Shown here one piece after another: positions 52,030-64,000 of a DNA stretch of 64,000 bases. The position numbers and the translations under genes are program-made. The stretch's first letter is position 1. Every line of letters starts with the position of its first letter. Where the stretch lies: NCBI GenBank assembly GCA_040954595.2, contig CM082578.2:7363519-7427518 (forward strand), given 5' to 3'. Origin of the DNA: Balanoglossus misakiensis (lineage: Eukaryota > Animalia > Hemichordata). The notes under the pieces were generated by a model that was given only the letters and a program-made list of their open reading frames with translations, had not been told where the DNA came from and did not search any database.

Positions 52030-52493
52030 GCTATATAATAAACCAGACCATTTCACAAACATAACGGCACAAGCCCTCACTCTATTGTCACACCCGGCAC
52101 GTATAGGCGAAGCCAATTAAACACACATCAATGAGCGGGCCTGAAGGGTTTTGTGCGCCGAGCATAAAAGTAAAACAGCGAGAACAATAGCCGTGTGCGT
52201 TGTTGGCGAGGGAGACAGCGATGTTGTCTTCCGTCAGCCTGGAAACTATAGAAATTCTATTCTGTTCTTATATCTCTCGCGAGACAATAGGCGTGCCATC
52301 GTGACACAGAAAGGTGTCATCGGGTTCCATCAACACACACACAACTAGCAAGTTGAAAAGATACTTCAGTTTGTCCGCCGTTGTAGTTCTATACTGATTC
52401 CAAAGTGTTTCCCTTACCAGAGAAGTTGACGGCAAAGTAACAGCGAACACTTTTCCTCGGCCGGTCAGTCAAGAGTCTCTGAACAATAACAAG
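52030..52493 (+). promoter_or_regulatory. Candidate promoter and non-coding first exon of the cadherin gene
   Basis: TATATAA at about 52032, a TCTCGCGAGA palindrome at 52275-52284 and a donor AAG|GTAAGG at 52493. The first coding exon has an acceptor at 56369, so an upstream exon is needed. Confidence 0.35.
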
Positions 52494-55400
52494 GTAAGGT
52501 AGTTTGTAAAAGTTTTTTTAAAGAGATTTTCTCCGTGATTCAAGTAGCTTTCTGCACAGTTTCAAAGTTAGTATTTTCGACATTGGGGCGATCGTAGTGT
52601 GCGATCGCCCCTCCCTATCCCCTTAACTGTCAGCGACACTTTGATAAAACATGGACAACAACGACCAATGGCTCTTGGAGGTCCTCTTACGAACATTTTC
52701 CCCAGAAATGTGTGTATCTGTATATTGTAAAAATACTTTTAACCACGTCGGGGTTGTTTGAAACTTCGTGTATCGAGCCCGATAGCTGAGGTTATAGCCG
52801 CGATCGTGTTAGCGACTTGAAACCAACCAAGCCCTTGCAGGTGGCTATGGCGTTACACAAATCGAAGTTTGTGAGGAAATTTTACTCGGTATAGTGACAT
52901 AATGACACCTGGTGAGACAGTTAAATCGCGGCGACATTTCAAATACTGCAAACGGAAGTTTTGTGATTAAGAAAAGGCGGAAGGAACAAGATCCGACACA
53001 AGTCGAAATGATATGCAGTAAATGTGAGGTTTGCTTTGGTCATATATCCAAATGACACCCGTACACGTTCCCACAGTGAGAATCAACAAGGGGTAATAAA
53101 CAAGACCCCCAAAAGTGAAAATGAATGTGTCGAATATACAGTTCGTTTGATGACAATGATACTGACCTATTCCATGTTCTCACTCTCCCGGCCGGCAATG
53201 ACTCTGGGGGGAATTTTCTTTGCGAGTGGCTAGAGCCATTGACAAACAAAGTGATACATCTCCTCTGGTCAAATACTAGACAATGGACTGTGTCATACAA
53301 ATGCACGTGTAATCCCCTAAAGAAAATAACACTTTCCATTCGACTTCAATGTCAGTTTTACGTTGAACAGGCCAACCGTGACACAGTCCTGCCAAAGTTA
53401 AATTTCAATTGAAGAGTCCATACATGTACGAACTCCGAAACCAAGCTGAACAACAATGGAAACTCTGTAGTCGCCTTTTGGAAACAGTATCGTCGCCGTA
53501 ATGTCGACGCAATTAAAATGTTGTAACCAATTTACATGGAATCTTCTCATCAATCTCACCGATCGACACACTTGGATGGGTGTCCGGCGACTTCATCGGG
53601 ACACTGGTACAGTCACCAAGACACCTCCCCGCCGGATATACCATGAAACATTTACCCTCTCCAACCGTTTTGACCACTCTCAAACCACCCCGACACGTAC
53701 ACCACCTATACCATTAGGACGTTTGCCGTAGCATATATATTTTGGCGACAGGTATATTTTTGGTGTGGGAGGTTAAAATTGGGCCCTTTGAGCCTCAGGG
53801 AGGGAAAAATGAAAAAATGGCACCCGTGGACGCAGCAAATTTCGGTCTCCCCGTCCACGGAGTTAACACGTCTACCCCTTAGCATGCTTAGTAAAAATAA
53901 ACTAACAGAAAGTGTATGTCCAAACGCGGAACGGGGAAGTGGAATGTGAAAAATCAATTGAGCGGCAAACGAATATGCAATTAATAGAAATATGCAAATT
54001 CTTACTGCGGTTTAATAAATTATGTCCCTTCTTACCCAATTGTTTGAAGAGGCGGAGCGGACAACTATCTTTGTGGAGGGTGCCGATAAATGTAACCTCA
54101 ATCCTGTAGGTTCTTAAATCGCAAATTCACGTTTTCGAAAATTTCGCTCAGTTGAGGGTTGGCAGTTTTAAGGCAATGCGCGTTTAGTTTTTCTTAATCA
54201 AGCACGTGCTTTAGTTGTACATGACCCCTGGAAATGGTTTAAGTGATTGTCAGTTAATCTATTTCTCGTCTGTTGGTGTTTTGTACTCTGGGGTTTCTCC
54301 AGCATTAATTTGAAGGAACGTCTCCGTTCATTCAATCGACGGCTAGTGTACAAATATCAGTGACAGTTATTCGTTTTCACGTGTCCATGATCTTCCGCAT
54401 GAATGCATAAAGTTGTTGAGATTTTGATCCTTTTTAGTGTGCGGCCATGCGCATGGTAAAGGGTGGGTGACCCTCACTCCGGGACGACCGCGCGCAGAAA
54501 AGCTAACCTTAACTAAACCCGACGGACGTATCATCTGCGCATGACACCACTCAAAAGCTAGAAACAGGCGAAGTTCATGAGATTGATTTATCTTTTAGCA
54601 TTTCACCCCCTTCAGAAAGTCTTTTCATATGTTTTAAAAAGGCCTACGGTGTAAACAACAGGTGGGGATACATGTATACTCAGATTTGACATGGTGTAGA
54701 CTTGCAAGGGGTAACATGTATGGCATGAGCGTGTGGTAAAATGTGGTAGTAGACAGCTGTGGTGGTGACATTTTGCAAAATTGCTACATGATTTTTGGTC
54801 GAAAGTCTTGTCTGGATAAGTCTTGATACCAAGTGTAGAATTGTCTTTATGCGTGTTTTTTTACTTTTTGTTATGCGCCGTTAATGTTGAATCTTTAGAC
54901 CAGGGCGCAATTCAAATAAAACAGAAGTTTGTTATAGCGTCATGAAAGTCGATTGTAGACAAAATCACATGATATCGGGTTGGATAAAATTGCTAGCGAA
55001 TACAGCTATGTATTTCGACGCTATATTATCCATTATTTGGAAGACGCAATGTTACTCGCATCCCCAAACAATCTGACCGACGTTATCTTCGATGAGAGAT
55101 TTTGCCTTGAAGAATTGTGAGGGTATTGTGCAGCGCCGCGCAAACTGATTACAACGACCTCGGCTTCACGTTGTACCTCTTTGTGTCGCTGGTGGTGTGG
55201 GCTGGTTACTGCAGTCCGTGACGTCAAAAGTTGACCCGTATGAATGCAGCAGTGCGGCCATGATTGACGTTTCAACACAACCCGCGATTTCTGTCGCCTT
55301 GTGTCTCGTGGTTTGAGATTATGACTTACATCTTAGCGCATGAAGCATATACATGTACTTATGTTCAGAAAATGCAGAGCACCTTAGTAATACTATGTCC

Positions 55401-55976
55401 TCACACGAAGAAAACAAACCACACGTGAAACCATAACTAATCTCGGTTAAAGCGATTGCGCAGTACTCACTATCTACAGCGTCGACAGTCTGTGAAAGTA
55501 GATTATGAATAAATTTGGCTCTGATTTGAATTTTTGCCTAGTACGAAACAAGATACATGAACGAAGACAACAATCAGTTATTTTCTCTCTCCGTTTTTTC
55601 TTGTCTTGTACATGGTTTTACTTTTCGTGTTCATCCGTCTCCTCCTTTAATATGACTGTCCTGCTCCGGTCAAAGTCCTCTGGGCCCTGAAGTTGACCGC
55701 CGTTTCAGTTCGTCATGACATTGGTACGCTCGCCTTTTTTTACGCTCTTCGTAAGCTGACGTAGTTGTAGGCACTACGTCATGAGAAGGACAGTCGTTGG
55801 CAGAAGCTAAAGTTGGTCGTGCGCATGCTTCGGAGAATGAAAAATAGTTGCTCACGCGGGTCACGCTTCGGTTGGGTTGTTAGGGAAGTGGCTAGAGAGA
55901 ATTATACTATTTGACATTCTGTTTGGTATGGGGATGACGGCAGCAGAGTACAACAATTGTCACAAACCAGGTATAC

Positions 55977-56046
55977 TTAAGGCAATACTCGTCCCGGGGA
56001 CAAATTTAATACGACTTTCATTTTCGAGGCGGATATTCTGCCTTAA
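55977..56046. mobile_element. Internally deleted TTAA-flanked mini-MITE, same family as 21252-21567
   Basis: TTAA|GGCAATACTCGTCCCGGGGACAAATTTAAT...TTTCGAGGCGGATATTCTGCC|TTAA; both halves align to the two ends of the 21.2-kb element. Confidence 0.6.
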
Positions 56047-56379
56047 GCAGTTTTGAGCACTTTTTTACGACAATGTGCAAGTAACATTTTAAACTGGTAT
56101 ACGTATTCACTGCTCCTCGACTGAAAAGTGTTGCCTATTAAATTAAAAAACGCTATCGCCTGGCGTCAAAAGAACATGTACGACGTGCTGAGTGAGAAAC
56201 GAAGAATACTGCACATCGTCCTAGACTGTAAATAATGTTTTCGATTTTCGGGAAGATACTTCGATAATTACCACCAGACTCATGACTATCGATAAAAGTT
56301 TACCTACTATATTTCTTTTACCGTTGTCTGCATATAATTTATGTATGGTCACCATCTGCTTATTTTCAGAATGTAAAAC

Positions 56380-56594
56380 ATGGCCCTCCTTGAACGAACA
56401 CTACCGATAACACTTTTGACGTTGCTTTGTCTCGTTGGTCGATCAAGTGAGTATCCCATTGTTTACAAAACAATCGCCAAGACAAAATAAACTGTCAAGT
56501 GGACAGTTCAGGCTGATAGACAGTCACACGCACACAGGCTAACACATCGAATAAATAAATAGCCAGATAAATAGATACATAGATATTCACACAG

Positions 56595-56685
<91 letters not shown>

Positions 56686-57134
56686 AGTACGTGAGTAGGC
56701 AGACAGGCAGACGGGCAGGCAGACAGACAGACATACATACAGACAGACAGACAGACATGCTGAGAGATAATTAATTTATTGTAATTATTCACAGGTCAAG
56801 CACCACCAGTTTTCAGTTTTACTTCGGGCACGACAATAGAGGTGAATGAAGACGCGTCGGATGGTGACCTGGTTTACAGTTTTTCTGTTACTGGCGCCAC
56901 GGGCGGAATCAGCGTCGTCAGCGGTTTTGGAGCGGGAACGGGATTTGAGCTTGATGCGACCGAATTTGCAGTGAACGTCAAAGCGCCAGGGCCAGCCGGG
57001 GCGTTACCAATATTTGACCGTGATAACGCCGCGTTCGCAGAATATCACAATTTGTGGATCAAGTGAGTGGGTTCAGAGATTTCATTTTAGTCAAAAATGA
57101 ATTTCTGTTCTGTGGTAATAGTAAGCTTAACATG

Positions 57135-57165
<31 letters not shown>

Positions 57166-60100
57166 AAATCAATTTAGCAAAACAAATGACGCCACAGGTG
57201 GAGATCACATAATTGTCTTTTGTAACCACGGTAACCGTTATATCGATTATACACGCAGAGCTTCTACAGCAGCTCCAGTTGAAGAAACACTGGTCCTGCT
57301 GAGAGTCAGGATCATTGACGTTTCTGATGAAGATCCCGTCTTCCAGTTAACGCCAACGGTGTATATCGGCTTTCTTAATGAAAACGAAGCGACTATAGCT
57401 TGGTCGGGCATTCCCCCGCAATTAGATGTTACGGACCCCGATGTCGGCGATACACTGACATTCCATCTATCACAAGGTATTGTATTACATTTATGTTAAA
57501 AACCATCAGCTGCAAGTATTCTTGAATATTGTTTTCTTGTTGAAATAACATATCAGTTTACGTGACGGTAATTTAACTAGACATTATTTAATGTATTATT
57601 TTAATGGTCTACAGTACAGTGTACATGGTATATTTGTTCTTTTGCTGGACGTAACACTGAATACTGCGTGTCTCGTTTAGTTATGCATGTATATATGTCT
57701 TTAAATATGAAAAATATCCTTTCACGTTAAACGATGGTCACGTGTTTGCGATTTCTTGCGTATTTGAAAATTTCAGGAACACAATAGCACGGACACGTGC
57801 TTGGGATTTCTTGTATGCGATAATTTCACGAAAATAAACTCGTCTGTCTTTGAACGCAGGAGGAGACTACTTCCAGGTTGATCAAACGACTGGCTTTATC
57901 AGTCCCAGGCCACAGTTGTTAGACTTCGAAAACGACCCCTCCACATATGGCTTGACACTAGAGGCTATCGATGACGGCGGGAACACTGGCACAGCAAGCA
58001 TGACGATCACACTGGTAGATGTTAACGACAACGCGCCAGTCTTTAGCCAACCCATCTATCAAGTAACTACAGATGAGGAAGAAGCGGGTACGTATAATTT
58101 AAATTCAAAATGGATTAGTTGTTGTCGTCGAAGAAACTGATTGACCTTTTTTTCTCATTTAATGTTCTTATGAATTCTACTTACAGTTGATTTTTGGTGT
58201 TTTAAAGACATTGCAATGATTATGATCACTTTACCAGTTTGTTTAAATAAAAAAAAGAATAAATAACGTTAACAGTGCCTCAAATGACCTAACAAGGTAT
58301 TTTTGAGGCGAGATGCCAGAATTTATATTATAGACTTTTCAATCAGGAAAGAATATTGACGATTACAGCTATGTACTTTTCCAAGAATAATCTTTATCTG
58401 TTTTTTTTTCAAAGTCAATACGGTTCTTGCGACATTGGTTGTCACAGACGACGATGCACTCGACACAGCCACGCTCCAAATTGTGTCTGGCGACGATCCC
58501 TCGCCCAACAAGAAGTTTTGGTTGGACAGCTTAGATGTCAAGATTTTAGCGACACTGGATTACGAAGACCCGGTGTTGCAGGCGCGAAATTTCCTGTATC
58601 TCTTGGTGATAACTGCAACCGATACGGGTTCAAACACGGGAACAACAACTGTCGCAGTGGAGGTTTGTAATGGTCTCTCTGTTTCCCTAATCCCTGCCAT
58701 GCACCGATAGTCCCACATGTATCGAGCTTTACGTGTATAACGGTCAGTTTAATAAAGTTAAAAATTGATTTATTATTATTTTAGGAGTGGCGGAAAGTTA
58801 AATATCTGTTAATTTCATTTCAAACATGTAAATGGCCATGAAAGCACTGCTCACTGTTTTTGCCTACTTCAAATATCATGACAGAAGTTTACGACCTCTG
58901 CCCGCGATCTGTGCCGCACTGAAATTATTTTCACGAGTGATGCCGCAGTACTTTCACGAGCCTAGCGATACCGCATCGGTAATATTTGAAAATACTGGCG
59001 ATAAGCATAGACGATAACGGGAGATTTTCGTAATTTTCGAGGTTCCAAAACATACTGACAACTAAATGCTTTGTTATTCTGACAATAGATGGGAGGGATA
59101 ATAAAATGACATGCCAGAATGTGAAAAAACCCACGTTTCGGCGATCATAAGTTAGCTTAGTTCCACTTGCTCACTCATTTGCATAAAATGCATAGAAAAA
59201 CCAAAACATTATTTAATGAACGCGTGTCTAGTTTGTATCTATTATTTCATTGCTTTTAATAATTTCGATTCATTCTATATGGAAGTTTTGACATGTTATA
59301 CGTAGGATTTGTTGTAAATGTCAAGAAAGAACTAACCGATTGTAAAATTGAACTTCCTCGTCAATAGTTTATTCAACAAATGCCCAGAAAAAATGAATTC
59401 TGAAAGGGAATATTTTTCTTCATTCTCACAGTAATGAGAGACAATGCCAAAGTTATGTTGTAGTGAACCACAGAATAATCTGCAGTACATATGCAATAAT
59501 TGGTGTTATGTTTCAACGTGGATTATGGCATAATAACGGTTGGTTTTGCAAGGCGGGAAGAGCTTTGAGATTGGGATGAGTTCCCTTTGGCCCACTGAAA
59601 TCCTTCTCATGGTGTCATTTTTGTTTCATTTTTGCATCAGGTTAAACCAGAAAACGAGGACACGCCTTCCTATGATACCGCCCTCACCTCCCTGACCCCA
59701 ACTGTCAGTGAAGACGCTGCTTTAGGAACAGAAGTAGTTGCTTCCTTGGCAGCCTCTGATGATGACTATGGAATTGATGGCGAGATCACTTACAGCATTA
59801 CCGGTGGTAGGTTCATGTCAGTGTATGAATGTATACAGTCACGTATAAAGCCATCAAGTAGCACCAACTTTGGGCTGGGAATCGACTCTGGATTTCAAAC
59901 TATTTATTATCCGAAGTTTCAGTTCGTAGGCTTAATCGCACGTCATCATGTTCCACGTCATATTTTATTTAGTCAATTTTAATATGACAAAATTATAAAG
60001 GGTTTATTTGCCGAAGGCTCCAATGTGAAGCGCATTTGCGTGTGTCGCACGGGAATACATGTATAGTAATAGCGACTTTCATGACTCCAGTTTGACAATT

Positions 60101-63100
60101 ACATCCTGGCATTTTGGGGGTACGAGTTTGCCAATTTGAGTATAAACTCTGAAGCTGTCAACCGTTCTGTCGAATTTGTGCACTCAAACTAACCTTGAAT
60201 CAATTGTCTGTTACAAATGTAAATTTTAATAACGCATGGCGTCATGCCAACAAAACAGCATGACTTCAGGTCACCCATGAGTCACAAAAGTGACATACAT
60301 GTACATGTATTATGATGATATGGTGACATGGTATCCTTGGTACTGTTTTTCAATAATTTGCACATGTTATCAATGAACCCTTACAGGCAGTGGTGCGTCA
60401 ATGTTTTACGTATATCCCGACACGGGAAAAATCGTCACTACGGCTACACTTGACTTTGAGACGACTACGTCCTACTTATTAGACATCGAAATCGTTGACG
60501 GGGACGCGGGTAGTCAGCCGACACAGTTATCAACTACCCAGACGTTGACGATTAACGTGATAAACGTCAACGACGAGGTTCCGTACTTCGATCCCTCCAA
60601 TGTTGCGGCGACCTTTGCCGAGAGCGAAGCGGCCGGCTATGTCGTTCAGGCGATTTCCGTTCTACCCTTGGTTGGCACCTTCAGCGTGAAGGATGACGAC
60701 ACTACCATCACGCAGAGCTTCTCCTTCGTCTCCGGAAACGACCTGGGCCTGTTCTCCTTCAGCGGAGACGATCTGGTTCTGGCAAGCCCGGTCAACTTGG
60801 ACATACCCGACAGCCACCCTGATGAGTACACGCTGGTGATTGCCGTCAGTGACGGTGGAACCCCGCCGCTAACGGGAACTGGCACAGTGGAGGTTACCGT
60901 CACCCCTGTCAATGAACATACCCCGATCTTCGGCTTAACAGACCCAAGCGGTACAGTAGAGGTAGGGAATTACTCTCAATCTTATAATGGCTGGTTCAAC
61001 AACCCCCTCCTCTCTCTTGACTGGCGTCATCTCCTCTCTCTGTCTCTCTCTCTTTCCCACCCAGCCCCCTCCTTTCCCCCCTCCATCTCTCTCCTCCCCC
61101 TCTCTCTGAATAGCCCGTAACCTATACGACCAGTCCAATTGCACATTTCACAGATGTCTACACCAACAGACCTAACTCTTACATCTTGAACTTTTGTTTC
61201 GGCAGATCGACGAAGGTCTCAATACGGGAACAAAAGTTGCCACTGTAAATGCTGTAGATTGGGATAGGGGAGACGCTCTGACGTTCGATATCGAGGGTAA
61301 GATCGACAAAATTTTGATTTGATGCTGGGTAGTACTTGGCGCAGGAATAAATTACACGCCGACACAAGTACTTTCTGTCTGTATTTATATAAACTTTGAT
61401 AACGTGAGAAAAGTGTTTATAGGGAAAAACCCCGGTGTGATAAATACAATTAATAATTGTAATAAGACAAAAAGTGGGATGAAAGATTAGCAAGGATGGG
61501 ATAAGAATGGTGTGCCATTTTATAGGATGGGTCAAAACGTCATTTGTCCAAGGCAACCCAGTGAACCATGTTCAAGATACATGTAACACCAATTTCTGCA
61601 TATGGCGTGTCGAAGCTGAGCACGTGTGAAATACCCAGGTTTATCAATTCGTTCCAAATTTACTCATAAGGAAGGGGAATGATCATCGTGTCAGAATGAT
61701 ACGACAGGAACTATTTTTGGAAAATTGCAAAGATTACGGCCGATGTTTTTGCGTTGGATGACGAAAATAGTTGTGCCTCTCTTTGAACAAGACAACAGGA
61801 TGAATACAGAGGGTTCATGCGTGGAACATTTATGAGTCTTTGTACACATTTTACTGCCGTGAAATTATTTAGAGGTTATAAACGGCTAGCGAGGGTATTT
61901 GGTTGCGGATATAAGACCTCTCAGGTGAAAATTAGCATATTTGGCGGGAAATAATCACCGAGCGAAGCGAGGTGATTATTTCACCCAAATATGCTAATTT
62001 TCACCTGAGAGGTCTTATATCCGTACCAAATACCCGAGCGCACCGTTTATAACCTCATTATAATATGATTTTGCTTGATAAAGATAACAATTTCATTTTT
62101 TCAAATCCGTTGTTTGGTTGGGGATAAATCGTGCTAGTTCTAGGGCCTCGTCGCGCACTGTTCCAGAACACCAAGCTGAGCTCGTGCAAACGCGTTCTGG
62201 AATTTCTAAAGTCACGCGATTTTATTCCACCGCCAATAGAATGTGGAAAATGCGTTCTATTCAGGCGCGTTCTCTTCTATGTGTTCTATTTCGGTTACTT
62301 TTTAAAAAACTATTCACTGTTCAGGGTCCAGGTACTAGGTCTTCTTGTCGAGAATATAAACCCCGGCTCCAGCCAATCAGCGAGCTAGATTCACGCCAAG
62401 CATATTATAATACCGAATAGTTCTATACGTGTGGAATAAATGTGAACAAAAAGTGTCGCACGAGATTGTTATCTGATTGTGACTTTTCCTGTCGTTGTCT
62501 CACCACAGCTGCAAGCAATGTTGGCAATTACTTCGGCATCGACTCCACCTCCGGCGAAATCAAAATCGTCTTGCCCATAGACTACGACACCCTGGCCGCC
62601 AATCCGATCAACCTCATCATCGAGGCCACTGATTCTTTCTTCACCGCCAGCGCGTCGGTGCCGATACTCATCCTGGACGTGAATGACGCCGACCCTGTCT
62701 GTAACCCGAGCAGCGAGCTTGTCGATGTGGCTGAAAATACACCGCTGACCACCACGGTAAGCTTCCCCGTTCTTGTCTTTGATTGTCAGTTTATCGTGTC
62801 GATAAAATTTTGAAGGCCGGTTACTGTCGGTGAACAGAAGGGAAGGAATGTTCCAACTGACGTGACCCGCGCGTCAGATCATGGTTTCTCTGTTTGGGAA
62901 ATCCCACGACCAGCACACAAGTCATAAGCTAAGTAATGCCCTAGGGGTCAATACATTGGGTTGTCCCCTGTAACTTGTTGCAGTATTTATAATGATTACC
63001 AGCGTTGTTAAAACTCCATTGGCTGCAACTTATTTTGTCCATTTGTTTTCTGTATTTAAGATCTTCACAGTATCTTCGGTTCCTGGTCTAACTCTTCAAA

Positions 63101-63519
63101 ACACCCTGAATGTATATGCATACCATAAGTTTTAGTATTGAAAACTGAATTCAAGATACATGTATAATCGTGAAAGGGTCAGCTGTGAATAAAAAAATCA
63201 CATTTGCATTTTCCAGACAGCTAGTATCATATAACTCATCTTCTATTCCATCTATCTACTGTAGGTGGTTACGTTATCTTGCACAGATGCTGACGTTGAC
63301 ACCGTTCTCAATTACGCTTTCTCCGTGTCACACCCCGATTTTACAATTGATTCCGCCACCGGAGCTATCTCAGTAGCAGGTGAGTGGCTATAATATTTAT
63401 TGAAGAATTATATCCATAATCTTGGGCACTTAAAGGCACAAAGTGTATCAATTTTTGAATGGAGGGATGTCTAAAGGTTAATTTGAGCAGGCCAAATACT
63501 GATGTCAACTCTATATAAC

Positions 63520-63564
<45 letters not shown>

Positions 63565-64000
63565 ATGTATGTATGTATGTATGTATGTATGTATGTATGT
63601 ATGTATGTATGTATGTATGTATGTATGTATGTATGTATGTATGTATGTATGTATGTATGTATGTATGTATGTATGTATGTATGTATGTATGTATGTATGT
63701 ATGTATGTATGTATGTATGTATGTATGTATGTATGTATGTATGTATGTATGTATGTATGTATGTATGTATGTATGTATGTATGTATGTATGTATGTATGT
63801 ATGTATGTATGTATGTATGTATGTATGTATGTATGTATGTGTCAGGAATGTATGAATGCCTATCTTACATCCACACACCAGGTCACAGGTCTCGACGATG
63901 CTCACTCATTTCTTTGCAGGGGCCATCGATTATGAGGGCGGCCCTCAGCAGTATGACCTGGTGGTGCAAGTAACCGATGGTTCTGGTGGCATAGCTGTCG
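56380..64000 (+). CDS. Cadherin-repeat protein (Fat/Dachsous/cadherin-23-like long cadherin), 5' part; continues beyond the window
   Basis: Phase-consistent exons 56380-56446 (signal peptide [20 protein letters not shown]), 56795-57062, 57259-57476, 57860-58087, 58415-58662, 59641-59806, 60387-60961, 61206-61296, 62509-62756, 63265-63379 and 63920->64000. Ca-binding motifs LDFE/LDYE/IDYD, Dx[24 protein letters not shown] and DVNDADP define six complete repeats plus part of a seventh. Orthology cannot be determined. Confidence 0.95.
56596..56756. repeat. Compound (GATA)n / (CAGA)n microsatellite
   Basis: Read directly, in the first coding intron of the cadherin gene. Confidence 0.95.
61872..62411. 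mobile_element. Non-autonomous element beginning with a 185-bp hairpin
   Basis: 61872-62056 is a near-perfect inverted repeat (GAGGTTATAAACGG...CCGTTTATAACCTC) centred on CCGAGCGAAGCGAGG. The adjacent ATTATAATATG (62057-62067) is inverted at 62401-62411 (CATATTATAAT). Confidence 0.75.
63521..63841. repeat. Compound (CTGT)n(ATGT)n microsatellite
   Basis: Read directly. Confidence 0.99.

Noticed and set aside
52585-52611. 10-bp GC stem GGGGCGATCG/CGATCGCCCC as a terminator
   Set aside because: The context is a eukaryotic intron or spacer with no U-tract, so it is probably a small repeat remnant.

Overview
Eukaryotic animal genomic DNA with GT-AG introns and no prokaryotic operon structure. 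Gene content and repeat style suggest a marine invertebrate, possibly a hemichordate or similar deuterostome (inference only). Left to right: (1) 1-11473 is an 88-bp AT-rich satellite array (about 130 monomers, three variant classes, 23-mer and 12-mer higher-order duplications) fused directly to a (CA)n/(TACA)n microsatellite. (2) A minus-strand secreted subtilase-type (I9 prodomain) gene has two coding exons visible, and its next intron appears to contain the whole satellite. (3) A 17-18 exon GABA-B-receptor-like class C GPCR at 26757-38341/38691 has lost canonical ligand and disulfide residues. (4) A four-EGF, single-TM, PPxY-tail protein gene lies at 45023-48798. (5) The 5' part of a long cadherin-repeat gene runs from 56380 off the right edge. 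Introns and spacers hold many microsatellites, a foldback element, several MITE-like elements and a Penelope relic. The octamer TACATGTA occurs about 30 times, and one copy is caught as a TA>TACATGTA insertion in a satellite monomer whose paralogous copy is empty. Most ORFs in the supplied track are spurious. All gene models were spliced by hand and need RNA confirmation.
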